Shown one piece after another: positions 15,329 through 15,797 of a DNA stretch of 15,797 nt. This DNA is from Candidatus Krumholzibacteriia bacterium (GTDB lineage: Bacteria > Krumholzibacteriota > Krumholzibacteriia > LZORAL124-64-63). Each line of letters starts with the position of its first letter. The first letter of the stretch is position 1. The notes under the pieces were generated by a model, which saw only the letters and a program-made list of their open reading frames with translations, searched no databases and had not been told where the DNA came from. Made by a program: the position numbers and the translations under genes. The stretch covers positions 1-15,797 of the forward strand of contig JAZBOO010000010.1 in NCBI GenBank assembly GCA_036351155.1. The letters are read 5' to 3'.

Positions 15329-15797
15329 TGGCTACCGCAACCAACAAAGGGGCCCTCTACGGCCTGTTGACCGAGTTTGATGCGGCGTCGCAGCTCATGC
15401 CCGCGGTGGAGAAGTGCCGCGACCACGGGTTCACCAGGTGGGATGTGCACACGCCGTTTCCGGTGCACGGCATGGACGACGCCATGGGCATTCGCGGAAC
15501 GCGCCTGCCTTTTCTGGTGCTGCTGGGGGGGCTGAGCGGTCTGGGCATCGCCACGCTGATGCAGTGGTGGATGAATGCCATCGACTATCCCTTCCTGATC
15601 AGCGGCAAGCCTCTGTTCGGACTGCCGGCCAACATCCCGGTGATGTTCGAATTGACGGTGCTGCTGAGCGCCTTTGCCACCTTCTTCGGAATGTGGGGAC
15701 TGAACGGGATGCCTCGGCTCTATCACCCGCTGTTCAACAACCGGCGTTTCCGTCGGGCCACGCAGGACCGCTACTTCATCGTGGTCGAGGCCAAGGA
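15328..15797 (+). CDS. actD: Alternative complex III subunit ActD (DUF3341), truncated by the window end
   Basis: Absent from the ORF track because it has no stop in the window. It starts at a TGATG overlap after SD AAGGAGG and reads [18 protein letters not shown]...WDVHTPFPVHGMDDAMG...DYPFLISGKPLFGLPANIPVMFELTVLLSAF...NGMPRLYHPLF..., which are characteristic ActD motifs. Confidence 0.93.
   Translation, partial: MATATNKGALYGLLTEFDAASQLMPAVEKCRDHGFTRWDVHTPFPVHGMDDAMGIRGTRLPFLVLLGGLSGLGIATLMQWWMNAIDYPFLISGKPLFGLPANIPVMFELTVLLSAFATFFGMWGLNGMPRLYHPLFNNRRFRRATQDRYFIVVEAK

Overview
GC-rich bacterial chromosomal window containing intact genes and no mobile elements, CRISPR arrays or RNA genes that I can support. 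The left block (+) is a probable operon: two tandem DUF3857/transglutaminase-like exported proteins (the first cut off by the window edge; the second lacks the catalytic Cys and His) and a lipoprotein subtilase (S8). It converges, across a perfect 40-bp palindrome, on a 914-aa secreted beta-helix protein (-) with a 199-aa internal repeat and a C-terminal FlgD-Ig/T9SS-like sorting domain. A YyaL/SPATA20-type thioredoxin-domain protein (-) is divergent from a stand-alone A-type Fe-S carrier (IscA/HesB, +). The right block is the start of an Alternative Complex III respiratory operon: actA (pentaheme), actB (TAT lipoprotein with Fe-S clusters and a His-rich tail), actC and a partial actD. It is preceded by a good sigma70 promoter and a structured 5' leader. 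The PNPFNP/FlgD-type C-terminal domain together with the high GC content suggests an FCB-group lineage such as Krumholzibacteriota or Latescibacterota (inference only). The gene families are all known; the most interesting candidates are the pseudo-transglutaminase/protease operon, the act leader RNA and the ActB His tail.
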